A stretch of 64,000 nucleotides of DNA from Flavobacteriales bacterium (GTDB taxonomy: Bacteria > Bacteroidota > Bacteroidia > Palsa-965), in assembly GCA_002737665.1 (NCBI GenBank), contig NSIF01000001.1, positions 350 to 64,349 of the forward strand. The letters run 5' to 3'. A program made the translations under genes and the position numbers. Each line of letters starts with the position of its first letter. Position 1 is the first letter of the stretch. Shown here in pieces: positions 31,164-41,315 of this stretch. A model generated the notes under the pieces. That model made no database searches. It worked only from the letters and a program-made list of their open reading frames with translations, and had not been told where the DNA came from.

Positions 31164-32039
31164 ATGGATATTGAAAAAATAGATGCCCCGATAATTTCTG
31201 AACGAGTAAAAAAACCAGATTGGCTGCGCGTAAAATTGCCTATGGGTGAAAATTACTTGCATGTTCGTAGTCTCGTTGATAAATATAAACTTCATACTAT
31301 ATGTGAAAGTGGAAATTGTCCCAACATGGGAGAGTGTTGGGGCGCTGGTACTGCTACGTTTATGATTCTTGGAAATGTATGCACTCGTTCCTGTGGATTT
31401 TGTGCAGTTGCAACAGGGCGACCATTAAGTGTCGATTACAATGAACCCATTCACGTTGCTGAATCAATTAAATTAATGGGCGTAAAACATTGCGTTATAA
31501 CTTCGGTTGATAGAGATGAATTGAAAGATGGTGGATCTATAATTTGGAAAGAAACCATTGAAGCCATTCGAAGAATTAGTCCGGGCACAACGATAGAAAC
31601 TTTAATTCCAGATTTTCAGGGTATAGCTGAAAACATTCAGAGAATAATTGATGCAAGGCCAGAAATTGTGTCGCATAACTTGGAAACTGTAAGGCGGTTA
31701 ACAAAAAAAGTTCGCATTCAAGCAAAATACGATCGCAGTCTAGCTGTTTTAAAATTATTGAAAGATGGTGGTTGCAAAACTAAATCGGGTGTCATGCTCG
31801 GTTTGGGAGAGCGAGAGGAAGAGGTTGTTGAAACCATTTGTGATTTAGTCAATGTAGGTGTTGAGATTTTGACTTTGGGACAATATTTACAACCAACGAA
31901 AAAACACCTTCCGGTGAGTGAATTTATCCATCCTGATACTTTCGCCAAGTATAAAGAAATAGCACTTGCAAAGGGATTTCGATATGTTGAAAGTGGGCCA
32001 TTAGTACGCTCTTCTTATCGTGCCGAAAAACACCTTTGA
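31164..32039 (+). CDS. lipA: Lipoyl synthase.
   Basis: CxxxCxxC radical-SAM motif ([10 protein letters not shown]) plus the upstream [12 protein letters not shown] cluster. Confidence 0.9.
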   Translation: MDIEKIDAPIISERVKKPDWLRVKLPMGENYLHVRSLVDKYKLHTICESGNCPNMGECWGAGTATFMILGNVCTRSCGFCAVATGRPLSVDYNEPIHVAESIKLMGVKHCVITSVDRDELKDGGSIIWKETIEAIRRISPGTTIETLIPDFQGIAENIQRIIDARPEIVSHNLETVRRLTKKVRIQAKYDRSLAVLKLLKDGGCKTKSGVMLGLGEREEEVVETICDLVNVGVEILTLGQYLQPTKKHLPVSEFIHPDTFAKYKEIALAKGFRYVESGPLVRSSYRAEKHL

Positions 32040-32180
32040 GTGTGCTATCAAGTTTTTGTGCAGAAAGAATTGTTTTTTATGCCTTTTGCTATTTTGCAAA
32101 TCGTTTAAAAACCTTATTTTTGGATTCTAATAAAATTGCAGAGTACATAAAAATTATTTGATCAAACTAAATCAATCAAA

Positions 32181-35100
32181 ATGAAAAACAAATTTTCGCT
32201 TGCACTAACTTCTATTATTGTTGTTACCCTTGTAGTATTCACCGCATTTATTGGTTTTAACCAATCAAAATCTATTTATAAACCTGCTGCAAAAGTTGAA
32301 TTTAAAACTTTAGCTGAGGACGGTGAGTCGGAAGGTTTCCGCGGAGCATCTGAATGGTTATTTAACCGTTTGAAGAATCAGGTTTCTGGTGAGATAGATG
32401 AAACTGAAGCAATTCGAATGCAGGCGTTAGCGTTTCAGTCTATTGCTACATCAAATACACAAAGAAACGGTAACCCTTCTTCAGTTGCTGCAACACAATG
32501 GACAGAGCTAGGTCCTGATAATGTTGGTGGCCGCACTCGTGCAGTACTTTTTGATAATTTGGATCCAACTCATAAACACATGTGGGCTGGTGGTGTAACT
32601 GGAGGACTTTGGGAATCTAATGATGCAGCAGCAACTTGGCACCGTTGTGCAGGTTATTTTGCTCTGCCAGATGCAGTTTCGACTGTTGTTACCATTGCTC
32701 AAGCTCCGAATGGAGATTTATATGTTGGTACTGGAGAGGGAAATTTTTATTTTCTCGCAGGTACAGGAGTAGCAGGCTTTACAGGAAATGGAATTTTCAA
32801 ATCAACTGACGATGGCATAACATGGACATCTTTAACTTCAACTCAACCAACAAGTCAAAATACAATTTCTAGTGCTTGGATTGGAGTGAATAAAATTCAA
32901 GTCGATCCTAACAATTCAAATCATATTTACGCTGGTACAAATAAAGGGCTTAAAATTTCTAATGATGCTGGCAATACTTGGGTAAGTGCAGTTGGGCCAT
33001 CAGTAAATGGTTCTTCAACAGATGTTCAAGTTTCTAATGGTCGTGTCATTGCTATCGTTTCAGATAAGCCATGGCTTTCTGTTGATAATGGTGCAACATT
33101 TACTAATGTAAGTCTAACAGGTTCTGGTTGGGCAAGCACAGCTTCGAGTCGTGTTACAATTTCAATTGCACCTTCCGATGAAAATTTTGTTTATGCATTT
33201 TTAGCTGCAACGACTGGAGCAATGCAAGGAGTTTATGTTTCTACTAATGGTGGTGTAAATTGGACTATGGTTTGTGGTGCAGGAAATGCACAATTTGATC
33301 CATTCGGTGGTAATGGTCAAGGAGATTACGATAATATTGTTTCTGTAGATCCAACTAATAAATACCGTGCAATTTTTGGTGGCACTGCATTGTATGAGTT
33401 TCGTATTGATTCAACACAAAATCCGGTTGCCGGACAATGGACTCAGATTGCTTCTGAATTCCCTGCAAGCCCATATAATCCTTTTTATGTTCACTCCGAT
33501 AAACATTCCATCACTTGGCATCCAAGTCAGGTTGGAATATTTTATGTTGGATGTGATGGAGGAATTTTTAGGTCAAACTTGCATCCTACTTATGGTTTAA
33601 CATTCATTCCAATGAATTCTGGATATAACATTACACAATGTTATTCTATAGCTATTGAAAATACGGTTGCTGCAAAAAACCAAGCAATGGCTGGTACCCA
33701 AGATAACGGAACGCACTTTATTGATGGTTCTGGTAATACTGCTATGTCATCGATTGCTACAGGGGGTGGTGACGGTGGTTGGTGTGATTTTTCATTTTTA
33801 AATCCATTAGCAACATTTCAAACAGTTTATTATGGTTCATTGTCACGCTCCAATAATCGTGGTTCAGGTTCCTCTTCGTTTTATGATTTAAGAATTGATC
33901 CTGCTACGAATAGTCCAGTAGGCGAGAACCCATCTTTTGCAAGTTTTGTTACTCCAATTAGATTATGGGAAAGCACTACTGATATTTTGACAGGAGATTC
34001 TATTTCATTTACTAATTCAATGGCTGCTCAAAATAAAGATGTCACCAACGGAACTTCTGCAACTTATTCTGGAACGCTTACTGTACCAATGCCAATTGTT
34101 TCGCCTGCTGCAGTAGTAGTATTGAATACTTTACTGTTTGTTGCAGGTGCTGATACTATTACTTGTACTTCAGGTGGAGTATTAGGAGGTGATGGTACTG
34201 GTAACGTAAATGGGACAACAGGAGCATACCAGCTTACATTTAATACTTTACCTGCGGCAAATATTGTTTTAAAAGCATTCTTTTATGTTCAATATGGAGC
34301 AGGAACAATATTTACATTAAATAGTAATGTAGCAGGAAAATTTATTAATCACACTGTTAGTAGCATTGTTAATCCAGATGACGTTGTTAAAGTGCAGGAT
34401 GTGATTCAATCTCATCTTGCAGTTGGATTTACAAGCAATAATGGAGTTTATATAACACGTCGACCGCTAGATTTTTCTACAACACCATTATGGATAAAAG
34501 TTGCAGGAACAAATTCGGCGCCAGATTTATTTTCAGGACAAGCAAATTGTTTAGCTTGGTCACCAAACGGGGATCATTTATTTGTTGGAACTTCAAGTGG
34601 TTTAGTTTTTCGTATTAGCAATCTTGCATCTGTAACTGATTCAGCTAATGGAGATGTCGATTATGGAACTGCTCCAAATCCAACTTGTCAAGTTGTTTGC
34701 ACACGCATAGGTAATTTTTCTAGTAGGGAAATAACTTCAATTGATGTAAATCCAAATAATCCAGATCAAGTGATTGTTTGTCTTGGTAATTATTCCAATA
34801 CACAATATGTTTATTTGTCAACCAATGCAACAACTGCAACTGGAATTACTGGAACTTTTGCTGACAAAACTGGAAATCTTGATAACATTGGAGGCGTTCC
34901 TTGCTTTACTGTAACGTTTGATAAGTATGTTGCGAATAGAGCTCTCGTTGGAACGGAGCATGGTATTTATGAAACAAGCAGCATTACAGCTGCATCTGTA
35001 TCGTGGGCTCCTGCAATGACCGGACTTGATTATTGTCCTGTAGATATGATTCGTCAACAACGTTGGGAGCCATGGCAAGTTCCTAATGCTGGATGTTTTT

Positions 35101-35468
35101 ACATTGGTACACATGGTCGAGGAATGTGGAGAGATGATTCATCATTCCAAGCGCCAACTTCTATTAATAACCCATCAAACCCATATTTCTCTAACGGAAA
35201 TGGTTCAAATAGTGACTTAAGAGTGTTTCCGAACCCGGTTGTTGATAACTCTAATGTGACCTTTAATCTTGATAAAAAAGGCACTGCTACAGTAAAAATC
35301 TACGATCTTACAGGTAAAGTTGTTTTCGAAAATGACTATGAAAATCTAAGTTTAGGAACCAATACAATTGAATTTGAAACAAGTGAAATGTTAAAGGGAA
35401 TTTACATCATCACTGTGCTACAAGCCAATAAACGTATAGGAAGTGGACGTTTCATCAAAATGAATTAG
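32181..35468 (+). CDS. Large secreted BNR/Asp-box repeat protein (sortilin/VPS10- or GH74-like propellers) with a T9SS type-A C-terminal sorting domain.
   Basis: Multiple S-x-D-x-G-x-T-W Asp-boxes (STDDGITW, SNDAGNTW, SVDNGATF, STNGGVNW). C-terminal VFPNPVVDNSNVTFNL...GIYIITV CTD. Confidence 0.7.
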   Translation: MKNKFSLALTSIIVVTLVVFTAFIGFNQSKSIYKPAAKVEFKTLAEDGESEGFRGASEWLFNRLKNQVSGEIDETEAIRMQALAFQSIATSNTQRNGNPSSVAATQWTELGPDNVGGRTRAVLFDNLDPTHKHMWAGGVTGGLWESNDAAATWHRCAGYFALPDAVSTVVTIAQAPNGDLYVGTGEGNFYFLAGTGVAGFTGNGIFKSTDDGITWTSLTSTQPTSQNTISSAWIGVNKIQVDPNNSNHIYAGTNKGLKISNDAGNTWVSAVGPSVNGSSTDVQVSNGRVIAIVSDKPWLSVDNGATFTNVSLTGSGWASTASSRVTISIAPSDENFVYAFLAATTGAMQGVYVSTNGGVNWTMVCGAGNAQFDPFGGNGQGDYDNIVSVDPTNKYRAIFGGTALYEFRIDSTQNPVAGQWTQIASEFPASPYNPFYVHSDKHSITWHPSQVGIFYVGCDGGIFRSNLHPTYGLTFIPMNSGYNITQCYSIAIENTVAAKNQAMAGTQDNGTHFIDGSGNTAMSSIATGGGDGGWCDFSFLNPLATFQTVYYGSLSRSNNRGSGSSSFYDLRIDPATNSPVGENPSFASFVTPIRLWESTTDILTGDSISFTNSMAAQNKDVTNGTSATYSGTLTVPMPIVSPAAVVVLNTLLFVAGADTITCTSGGVLGGDGTGNVNGTTGAYQLTFNTLPAANIVLKAFFYVQYGAGTIFTLNSNVAGKFINHTVSSIVNPDDVVKVQDVIQSHLAVGFTSNNGVYITRRPLDFSTTPLWIKVAGTNSAPDLFSGQANCLAWSPNGDHLFVGTSSGLVFRISNLASVTDSANGDVDYGTAPNPTCQVVCTRIGNFSSREITSIDVNPNNPDQVIVCLGNYSNTQYVYLSTNATTATGITGTFADKTGNLDNIGGVPCFTVTFDKYVANRALVGTEHGIYETSSITAASVSWAPAMTGLDYCPVDMIRQQRWEPWQVPNAGCFYIGTHGRGMWRDDSSFQAPTSINNPSNPYFSNGNGSNSDLRVFPNPVVDNSNVTFNLDKKGTATVKIYDLTGKVVFENDYENLSLGTNTIEFETSEMLKGIYIITVLQANKRIGSGRFIKMN

Positions 35469-35487
35469 TAATATGTTTTTTTTAATT

Positions 35488-35526
35488 ACATCCCGATTAT
35501 TAAAATAATCGGGATGTTTTTTTTTA
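35488..35526 (+). terminator. Rho-independent terminator.
   Basis: ACATCCCGATTATT aaa AATAATCGGGATGT perfect 14-bp hairpin plus a T9 tract. Confidence 0.75.
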
Positions 35527-35675
35527 TTGAATTTTTGTAAAAAGTATAAAATAAAACGTTCCTTTTGGTTTTTTGTGTTTGGCATCAAATTCGCTTGTAA
35601 AAGTCCATTTTTTGCCTTTTTACCGACAACTTATTAACCATAGCGAAAAACGAGTTTATGTATAACATTTTATAT

Positions 35676-35683
35676 TATTTTTG
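35676..35683 (+). promoter_or_regulatory. -7 promoter element (TATTTTTG) of the SWIB gene.
   Basis: TAnnTTTG consensus 40 nt upstream of the ATG. Confidence 0.35.
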
Positions 35684-35723
35684 GCTTACCAATTGGTATA
35701 AATAATAACAAACAAAAAAAATC

Positions 35724-36056
35724 ATGGCAAAAAAAGCAACAAAAAAAGTAGCTAAAAAAGCTCCTAAAAAAGCAGCTAAAAAAGCAGCTAAAAAGAAAAC
35801 AGCTCGTAAACCGAATGCTGCATTCATGAAAGCTCTAACTCTTAGTGCATCTCTTGCGGATGTAGTTGGTAGCACACCAATTCCACGTACAGAAATTGTA
35901 AAAAAGATTTGGGTTTACATTAAGAAGAACGGTCTTCAAGACAAAAAGAACCGTCGAATGATTAATGCAGATGCGAAGTTAAAAGTACTTTTCGCAGGGA
36001 AAGCACAAATTTCCATGTTTGAACTTGCAAAAGTTATTTCAAAGCACGTAAAATAG
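35724..36056 (+). CDS. Histone-H1-like lysine/alanine-rich tail fused to a SWIB/MDM2 domain.
   Basis: N-terminal AKKATKKVAKKAPKKAAKKAAKKK repeats. C-terminal ...LADVVGSTPIPRTEIVKKIWVYIKKNGLQD...MFELAKVISKHV matches the SWIB fold pattern. Confidence 0.7.
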   Translation: MAKKATKKVAKKAPKKAAKKAAKKKTARKPNAAFMKALTLSASLADVVGSTPIPRTEIVKKIWVYIKKNGLQDKKNRRMINADAKLKVLFAGKAQISMFELAKVISKHVK

Positions 36057-36076
36057 TTTCTAAACTATTTTTAGAG

Positions 36077-36101
36077 AAAGGGGCTTTACGCCCCTTTTTT
36101 T
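36077..36101 (+). terminator. Rho-independent terminator.
   Basis: AAAGGGGC tttac GCCCCTTT hairpin plus a T-tract. Confidence 0.75.
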
Positions 36102-36237
36102 ATGTACGAATTTTTTGTAACCTATTTTGTTTTATGATATAGGATATTATAGACAGAACTAATTAATTTTATAATGTTTTTCATTCCACTATCAAATAAA
36201 GTTTTGATAGTTGTAACTTTGAATAAAATACTTTTCT

Positions 36238-37236
36238 ATGAAACCAATTAAAGTTGCCATCAATGGTTTCGGTCGTATTGGCCGCGTTTCTCTTCGGGTA
36301 ATTTTTGAACGCAATGATATAGAAGTTGTCGCCATCAATGATTTGGCAGACGCACGTACACTTGCCCATTTGTTAAAGTACGATTCCGTTCATCGTCGTT
36401 TTCCGGGAGAGGTAATTGTAGATGGAAATTCAATTATTGTAAATGGTAAATCGATTCCAGTTACCGCTGAAAAAGATCCGTCAAAACTAAATTGGGGAAA
36501 ATTTGAAACAGATATCGTTATCGAATCTACGGGTAGATTTTTGGATATTCCATCTGCTACGATGCATTTGAAGGCGGGAGCAAAAAAGGTTTTATTATCA
36601 GCTCCTCCTGATGGGAATGACATTAAGTCGATTGTAATGGGTGTCAATGATTCCATTTTAACTAAGGATGATTTAATTATTTCCAACGCATCTTGTACAA
36701 CAAATTGTGCTGCTCCAATGATTAAAGTGCTCGATGATAACTGGGGAATAGCAGACGGCTATATAACTACAATTCACTCTTATACTGGTGACCAACGTTT
36801 GCACGATTCGCCTCACAAGGATTTACGTCGTGCGCGTGCTGCTGCAGTATCAATGGTTCCAACTTCAACGGGTGCTGCTAAGGCAATAACCAAAATTTTT
36901 CCACATCTTGATGGTAAATTAGGCGGTTGTGGAATTCGTGTTCCAGTACCTGATGGATCTTTGACCGATATTACGTGTGTACTGAATAAATTAGCTTCCG
37001 TGCAGGAAATCAACGCTGCGTTTAAAAAAGCTTCTGAAGGAGCTTTAAAGGGGGTTTTGGAGTACACCGAAGACCCAATCGTTTCCATTGATTGTGTTGG
37101 AAATCCGCATTCTTGTATTTACGATGCTGAATTTACTTCTGTAGTCGGCAACATGGTGAAGTTAATGGGCTGGTATGATAATGAAATGGGGTATTCGAGC
37201 CGACTTGTAGATTTGATTCAAAAAATGTGGAAATAA
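36238..37236 (+). CDS. gap: Glyceraldehyde-3-phosphate dehydrogenase.
   Basis: INGFGRIGR and SCTTNC motifs. TAACTTTG -7 element at 36214-36221. Confidence 0.9.
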   Translation: MKPIKVAINGFGRIGRVSLRVIFERNDIEVVAINDLADARTLAHLLKYDSVHRRFPGEVIVDGNSIIVNGKSIPVTAEKDPSKLNWGKFETDIVIESTGRFLDIPSATMHLKAGAKKVLLSAPPDGNDIKSIVMGVNDSILTKDDLIISNASCTTNCAAPMIKVLDDNWGIADGYITTIHSYTGDQRLHDSPHKDLRRARAAAVSMVPTSTGAAKAITKIFPHLDGKLGGCGIRVPVPDGSLTDITCVLNKLASVQEINAAFKKASEGALKGVLEYTEDPIVSIDCVGNPHSCIYDAEFTSVVGNMVKLMGWYDNEMGYSSRLVDLIQKMWK

Positions 37237-37245
37237 AATTCAATG

Positions 37246-38064
37246 TTATTTTTTGTTGAAAATCTGCAGCTTATTTTCTTTTAAAATAAAAAACGCTTTT
37301 TTTTCGATTCGTACAACCAATGCTTCAGGATCTATTCCATCGAATACTGTTTTTTCTAAAGTCGTAATATTGATTTCTGACAGTTCGGGTTTTCTATAAT
37401 AAATAATGTGTTCGTCAAGCACTTGAAAGTTTTTCAATTCTTTTTCTGGTATAGTTTTCGAGTAGGTTCCGAAAATATCGAATATCATAATTCCTGTGGA
37501 AGGATTATTCAGAAATAAACGATTGTCTTTTTCAATGATAAAATTGGGTTGTAATTCTATTCCAAGAACTTGGGAAAGATTTCCTGTACGATTTTCTATT
37601 TGAAGGTTTCTGTTGAGCCGAACCAATTCGAAATTGGTCTGGTCGTATATCCATAAGCCATTGTCATGCGATGCTGCAGCGAGGGCTGTTAATGGAAATC
37701 CAATTGTTTCTAATGCCGTCGCTTCACCAATTTCGCTCAGCGTATTATCGAGTGTAATGATGCGATTAAAATCTTTGTAAAATAAAATGATTCGCAACGC
37801 ATTTGTAGCATCTGCAGAAGTAATTGCACCAAAATTTTTGTTGCTGAATGATTTTTGTAAAACACCTATCGAGTCAAATTTATTAATTGTAGCTCCATCA
37901 ATGAGGTATGCATTTCCGAGGTTATCTGTAACTAATTTTTCAGCTTCTGTTTTAATGGTGGCATGGGGTGTTTGTGCCACAATTGGGAATGCGAAAGCGA
38001 ACTGTACAATAATTAGTAAACTATATTTTAATAATCTAAACATCTTGTAAAGATATGTAAGCAA
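37246..38064 (-). CDS. Hypothetical secreted protein.
   Basis: Probable start at MFRLLKY (38043) with the signal peptide ...FAFAFPIVAQ. No recognisable domain. Confidence 0.4.
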   Translation of the reverse strand: MLTYLYKMFRLLKYSLLIIVQFAFAFPIVAQTPHATIKTEAEKLVTDNLGNAYLIDGATINKFDSIGVLQKSFSNKNFGAITSADATNALRIILFYKDFNRIITLDNTLSEIGEATALETIGFPLTALAAASHDNGLWIYDQTNFELVRLNRNLQIENRTGNLSQVLGIELQPNFIIEKDNRLFLNNPSTGIMIFDIFGTYSKTIPEKELKNFQVLDEHIIYYRKPELSEINITTLEKTVFDGIDPEALVVRIEKKAFFILKENKLQIFNKK

Positions 38065-38111
38065 CGGTTGAATTACGCAGCACTACTGATTTATTCAATT
38101 TCTAGTTGTCA

Positions 38112-39635
38112 TTATTTTAACGCCAAAATTTCATCGGCAAACTTTCTGTCGTTTGAAAGCCTTCGTATTTTGTGTTGTCCTCCAAGTTTATCTTTTGATT
38201 TTAACCAATTGTAAAATGTTCCTTTTGAGAGACTGCTGATTATGGGCGCCTGCATCACCAAATTATTATAACGTTTAGCTTCGTAATCGGAATTGATTGT
38301 TTTTAAAGCATTATCGAGAAGCTCCGTAAAATAATTTAAATCGTTAGGAGGAATCCTAAATTCAATCAGCCATTCATGCGCACCTGAACCGTTTTGGTTA
38401 TTCATAAAAATTGGTGCAGCCGTATACTCTTCTATTTCTGCTCCAGTTTTTTCGCAAGCAATACGTAGCGCTTTATCTGCATTTCCAATCATGAGTTCTT
38501 CTCCAAAAGCATTTATAAAATGTTTTGTTCTTCCTGTGATTCGGAATCGGTAGGGGAGCAGATTTGTAAATTCTATAGTGTCTCCGACATTGTAGCGCCA
38601 AAGACCACCAGTTGTTGAAACAATTAAAGCGTAATTTTTCCCTATTACAACTTCATCGAGGTTTAAAGTTTTACAAGGTGTAACATTTGAATCAGCTAAA
38701 CCTTCTTCTGCAGGAAGAAATTCATAATATATTCCATAATCCAGCAACAATAATAATTCATCAGATTCGCGTTGGTCTTGCATACCAAAAAATCCTTCTG
38801 AGGCATTGTATAATTCTAATAAATTTATATCAAATCCAAGAACCTCATTTACTTGCTTTTTATATGGTAAATAATTTACACCACCGTGAAAATAGACTTC
38901 CAGGTTGGGCCAAATTTCTTTGATGGATTTTTTCCCCGTGTCCTTTAAAATTTTTTGAAGTAAAATAAGCATCCACGATGGTACGCCGGCTAAACTCACA
39001 ACATTATCATTGATGGTTGACGTTGCTAGTTGTTTTAGCTTCTCTTCCCACTTACTTATTAATGCAATGGCTACGCTCGGTGAGCGAAAATAATCGGCAA
39101 TCATGGGAAGATTCTGAATTATAATAGCAGATACATCTCCAGTAAAAGTTTTATTTGAATCATTTGACTCTGTTTGATAACTACCTCCAAGTGCTAGGTT
39201 TTTACCAGTGAATAAATGATGATCGGGATAATTAGCGCAATAAAAAGTAATCATGTCTTTACCGCCTTTGTAATGACAGCCCTTTAAGGATTCTTCGGTA
39301 ATGGGAATAAATTTGCTTTTATCGCTTGTTGTTCCTGCTGACTTAGCAAACCATTTTACCGCAGTTGGCCACAATAAAAATTGTTCGCCCTGTCTTAAGC
39401 GGTCAATGTATGGTTTGATGGATTCGTAGGATTGTACAGGAACCTCTCTTCTAAATTGTTCTGTGTTTTTGATGGTATTGAAACCATGTATATTTCCAAA
39501 TTCTGTTTTTCTTCCAGCTTCAATTAATTTTTGAAAACATTCGTCTTGTACTTCATGGGGAAACTTCCGAAACAAATCAATTTGATGAATTCGTTTGGTC
39601 ATGTACCAAGAAGCTATGGAATTTAAAATTGTCAA
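38112..39635 (-). CDS. GH3 (auxin-responsive promoter) family acyl-adenylate-forming enzyme homologue.
   Basis: 507 aa. Overall architecture and motifs match the GH3-family proteins common in Bacteroidota. Confidence 0.65.
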   Translation of the reverse strand: MTILNSIASWYMTKRIHQIDLFRKFPHEVQDECFQKLIEAGRKTEFGNIHGFNTIKNTEQFRREVPVQSYESIKPYIDRLRQGEQFLLWPTAVKWFAKSAGTTSDKSKFIPITEESLKGCHYKGGKDMITFYCANYPDHHLFTGKNLALGGSYQTESNDSNKTFTGDVSAIIIQNLPMIADYFRSPSVAIALISKWEEKLKQLATSTINDNVVSLAGVPSWMLILLQKILKDTGKKSIKEIWPNLEVYFHGGVNYLPYKKQVNEVLGFDINLLELYNASEGFFGMQDQRESDELLLLLDYGIYYEFLPAEEGLADSNVTPCKTLNLDEVVIGKNYALIVSTTGGLWRYNVGDTIEFTNLLPYRFRITGRTKHFINAFGEELMIGNADKALRIACEKTGAEIEEYTAAPIFMNNQNGSGAHEWLIEFRIPPNDLNYFTELLDNALKTINSDYEAKRYNNLVMQAPIISSLSKGTFYNWLKSKDKLGGQHKIRRLSNDRKFADEILALK

Positions 39636-39641
39636 TTTATA

Positions 39642-41270
39642 TTATTGCTTAGTTTTTGTTTTTTTTGATTCAAACCACTTTGTAATTTCTTCCAAATTCA
39701 TTGCATTCAAGCAAGTTTCTTTTGTCAACATTCCTTTGCGCGCTGCTGCTGTTCCCCAATGTAAATCCAGTAATCCTTCTGTTTCGTGCGCGTCTGGATT
39801 GATAGAAATTAAAACACCTTTGTCAATGCAATAGGGAATCCATGTCCAGTCAATGTCTAATCGATAGGGATGTGCATTTAATTCTATCGCGACGCCATTT
39901 GCTGCGCAGGCCTCTATTATTTTTTTATGATCTATCGGATATCCTTCGCGTGAAAGCAATAATCGTCCTGTAGGATGACCAAGTATTGTTGTAAACGGAT
40001 TTTCTATTGCTTTAAGTAGTCTTGCTGTGGCTTTTTCCTGATCCATTTTTAAATTGGAATGAATAGATGCTACAACAAAGTCAAATGTTTCAAGAATTTC
40101 TTTTTTATAATCGAGCGATCCATCGTTTAAAATATCCGATTCAATGCCTTTGAATATTTTGAACGATGCCATTTTATTATTCAGTTCATCTATCTCTAAC
40201 TGTTGCTCCAAAACTGTTTCTGGTTTCATCCCATTGGCGTAAAAAGCAGATTGTGAATGATCGCAAATTCCAAAGTAGGAATAACCTAATTCACGGCATC
40301 TATTAGCCATTTGTGCTAAGGTATTCATCCCATCGCTGTACTTGCTATGATTATGTAAAATACCTTTTAGGTCAGTTGCTTCAATTAGTTTTGGTAAATT
40401 ATTATTTTGTGCTAAATTCAATTCACCTCTTCCTTCGCGTAGTTCTGGTTCAATGTATTCTAATTCATATCCTGCATACAAATCTTCCTCCGTTTCTGGA
40501 TTTAAATCGCCTCGGTATGAAAATGTTTCTAATTGTTTTATGTGTGAACTATTTCCAGTTGTTTGAAATAAAACTTGAGCAAATGATTCTTCATCGCAGG
40601 TGTGAATTTGTATGGGTATTTGTCTTTCATTTATAAAGTTTTCTAATTTAATTTCCTTTTCAGAAACGGCGGCAACAATTTCAATTTTTTCTATGATTAT
40701 AGATTTTCTACGAACATCGCCACTGAGTGAAATAAATGCCGAACCTGTTTGTGTTTTTAAGTATTCTACTAAAGCCAATGCAGTTGCCTCACAGGATGCG
40801 TAATGGAATTTACCTTTACTCTCCATAGAAAATTCGATGTATTTTTTTACTGCCGCCTGTGTTTTTTCTCCAAATCCTTTTAAAGTAACTAATCGATTTT
40901 CATTGCAGGCATACAATAATTCACCAGGTGATTCCACTTCAAGCTCTTTCCATAGTTGTCCAACTTTTTTAGGACCAATACCTTTTATTCTTAACATTTC
41001 TATAACTCCAATTGGTGTTATTGATAAGGCCTCTTCCAATTCCTCTAATTTCCCAGTTGTTTGTAGCTCATAAATTTTTGAAGCGATGCCTTTTCCGATA
41101 CCTTCAAGAGCTGCTAATTCTTCTATGTTTTTCCCTTCTAAATTTATGTCGGTTTTGTCTAACCTATATGCAGCATTAATAAGCGCTTTCACTTTAAACG
41201 GATTTTGTCCGTGCAATTCCTGTAATTGTCCTGTCAGTTTAAGTTTTGCAGCTATTTTTTCTGTATTCAT
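39642..41270 (-). CDS. DNA polymerase X family protein with a C-terminal PHP phosphoesterase domain.
   Basis: N-terminal HhH ...LEGIGKGIASKI. PolX fingers/palm region. C-terminal HNHSKYSDG...GICDHS PHP motifs. Confidence 0.75.
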   Translation of the reverse strand: MNTEKIAAKLKLTGQLQELHGQNPFKVKALINAAYRLDKTDINLEGKNIEELAALEGIGKGIASKIYELQTTGKLEELEEALSITPIGVIEMLRIKGIGPKKVGQLWKELEVESPGELLYACNENRLVTLKGFGEKTQAAVKKYIEFSMESKGKFHYASCEATALALVEYLKTQTGSAFISLSGDVRRKSIIIEKIEIVAAVSEKEIKLENFINERQIPIQIHTCDEESFAQVLFQTTGNSSHIKQLETFSYRGDLNPETEEDLYAGYELEYIEPELREGRGELNLAQNNNLPKLIEATDLKGILHNHSKYSDGMNTLAQMANRCRELGYSYFGICDHSQSAFYANGMKPETVLEQQLEIDELNNKMASFKIFKGIESDILNDGSLDYKKEILETFDFVVASIHSNLKMDQEKATARLLKAIENPFTTILGHPTGRLLLSREGYPIDHKKIIEACAANGVAIELNAHPYRLDIDWTWIPYCIDKGVLISINPDAHETEGLLDLHWGTAAARKGMLTKETCLNAMNLEEITKWFESKKTKTKQ

Positions 41271-41315
41271 AAAAATTATTAGAGTACAAAAATGAAGAAA
41301 TTTCTGTCATAACAA

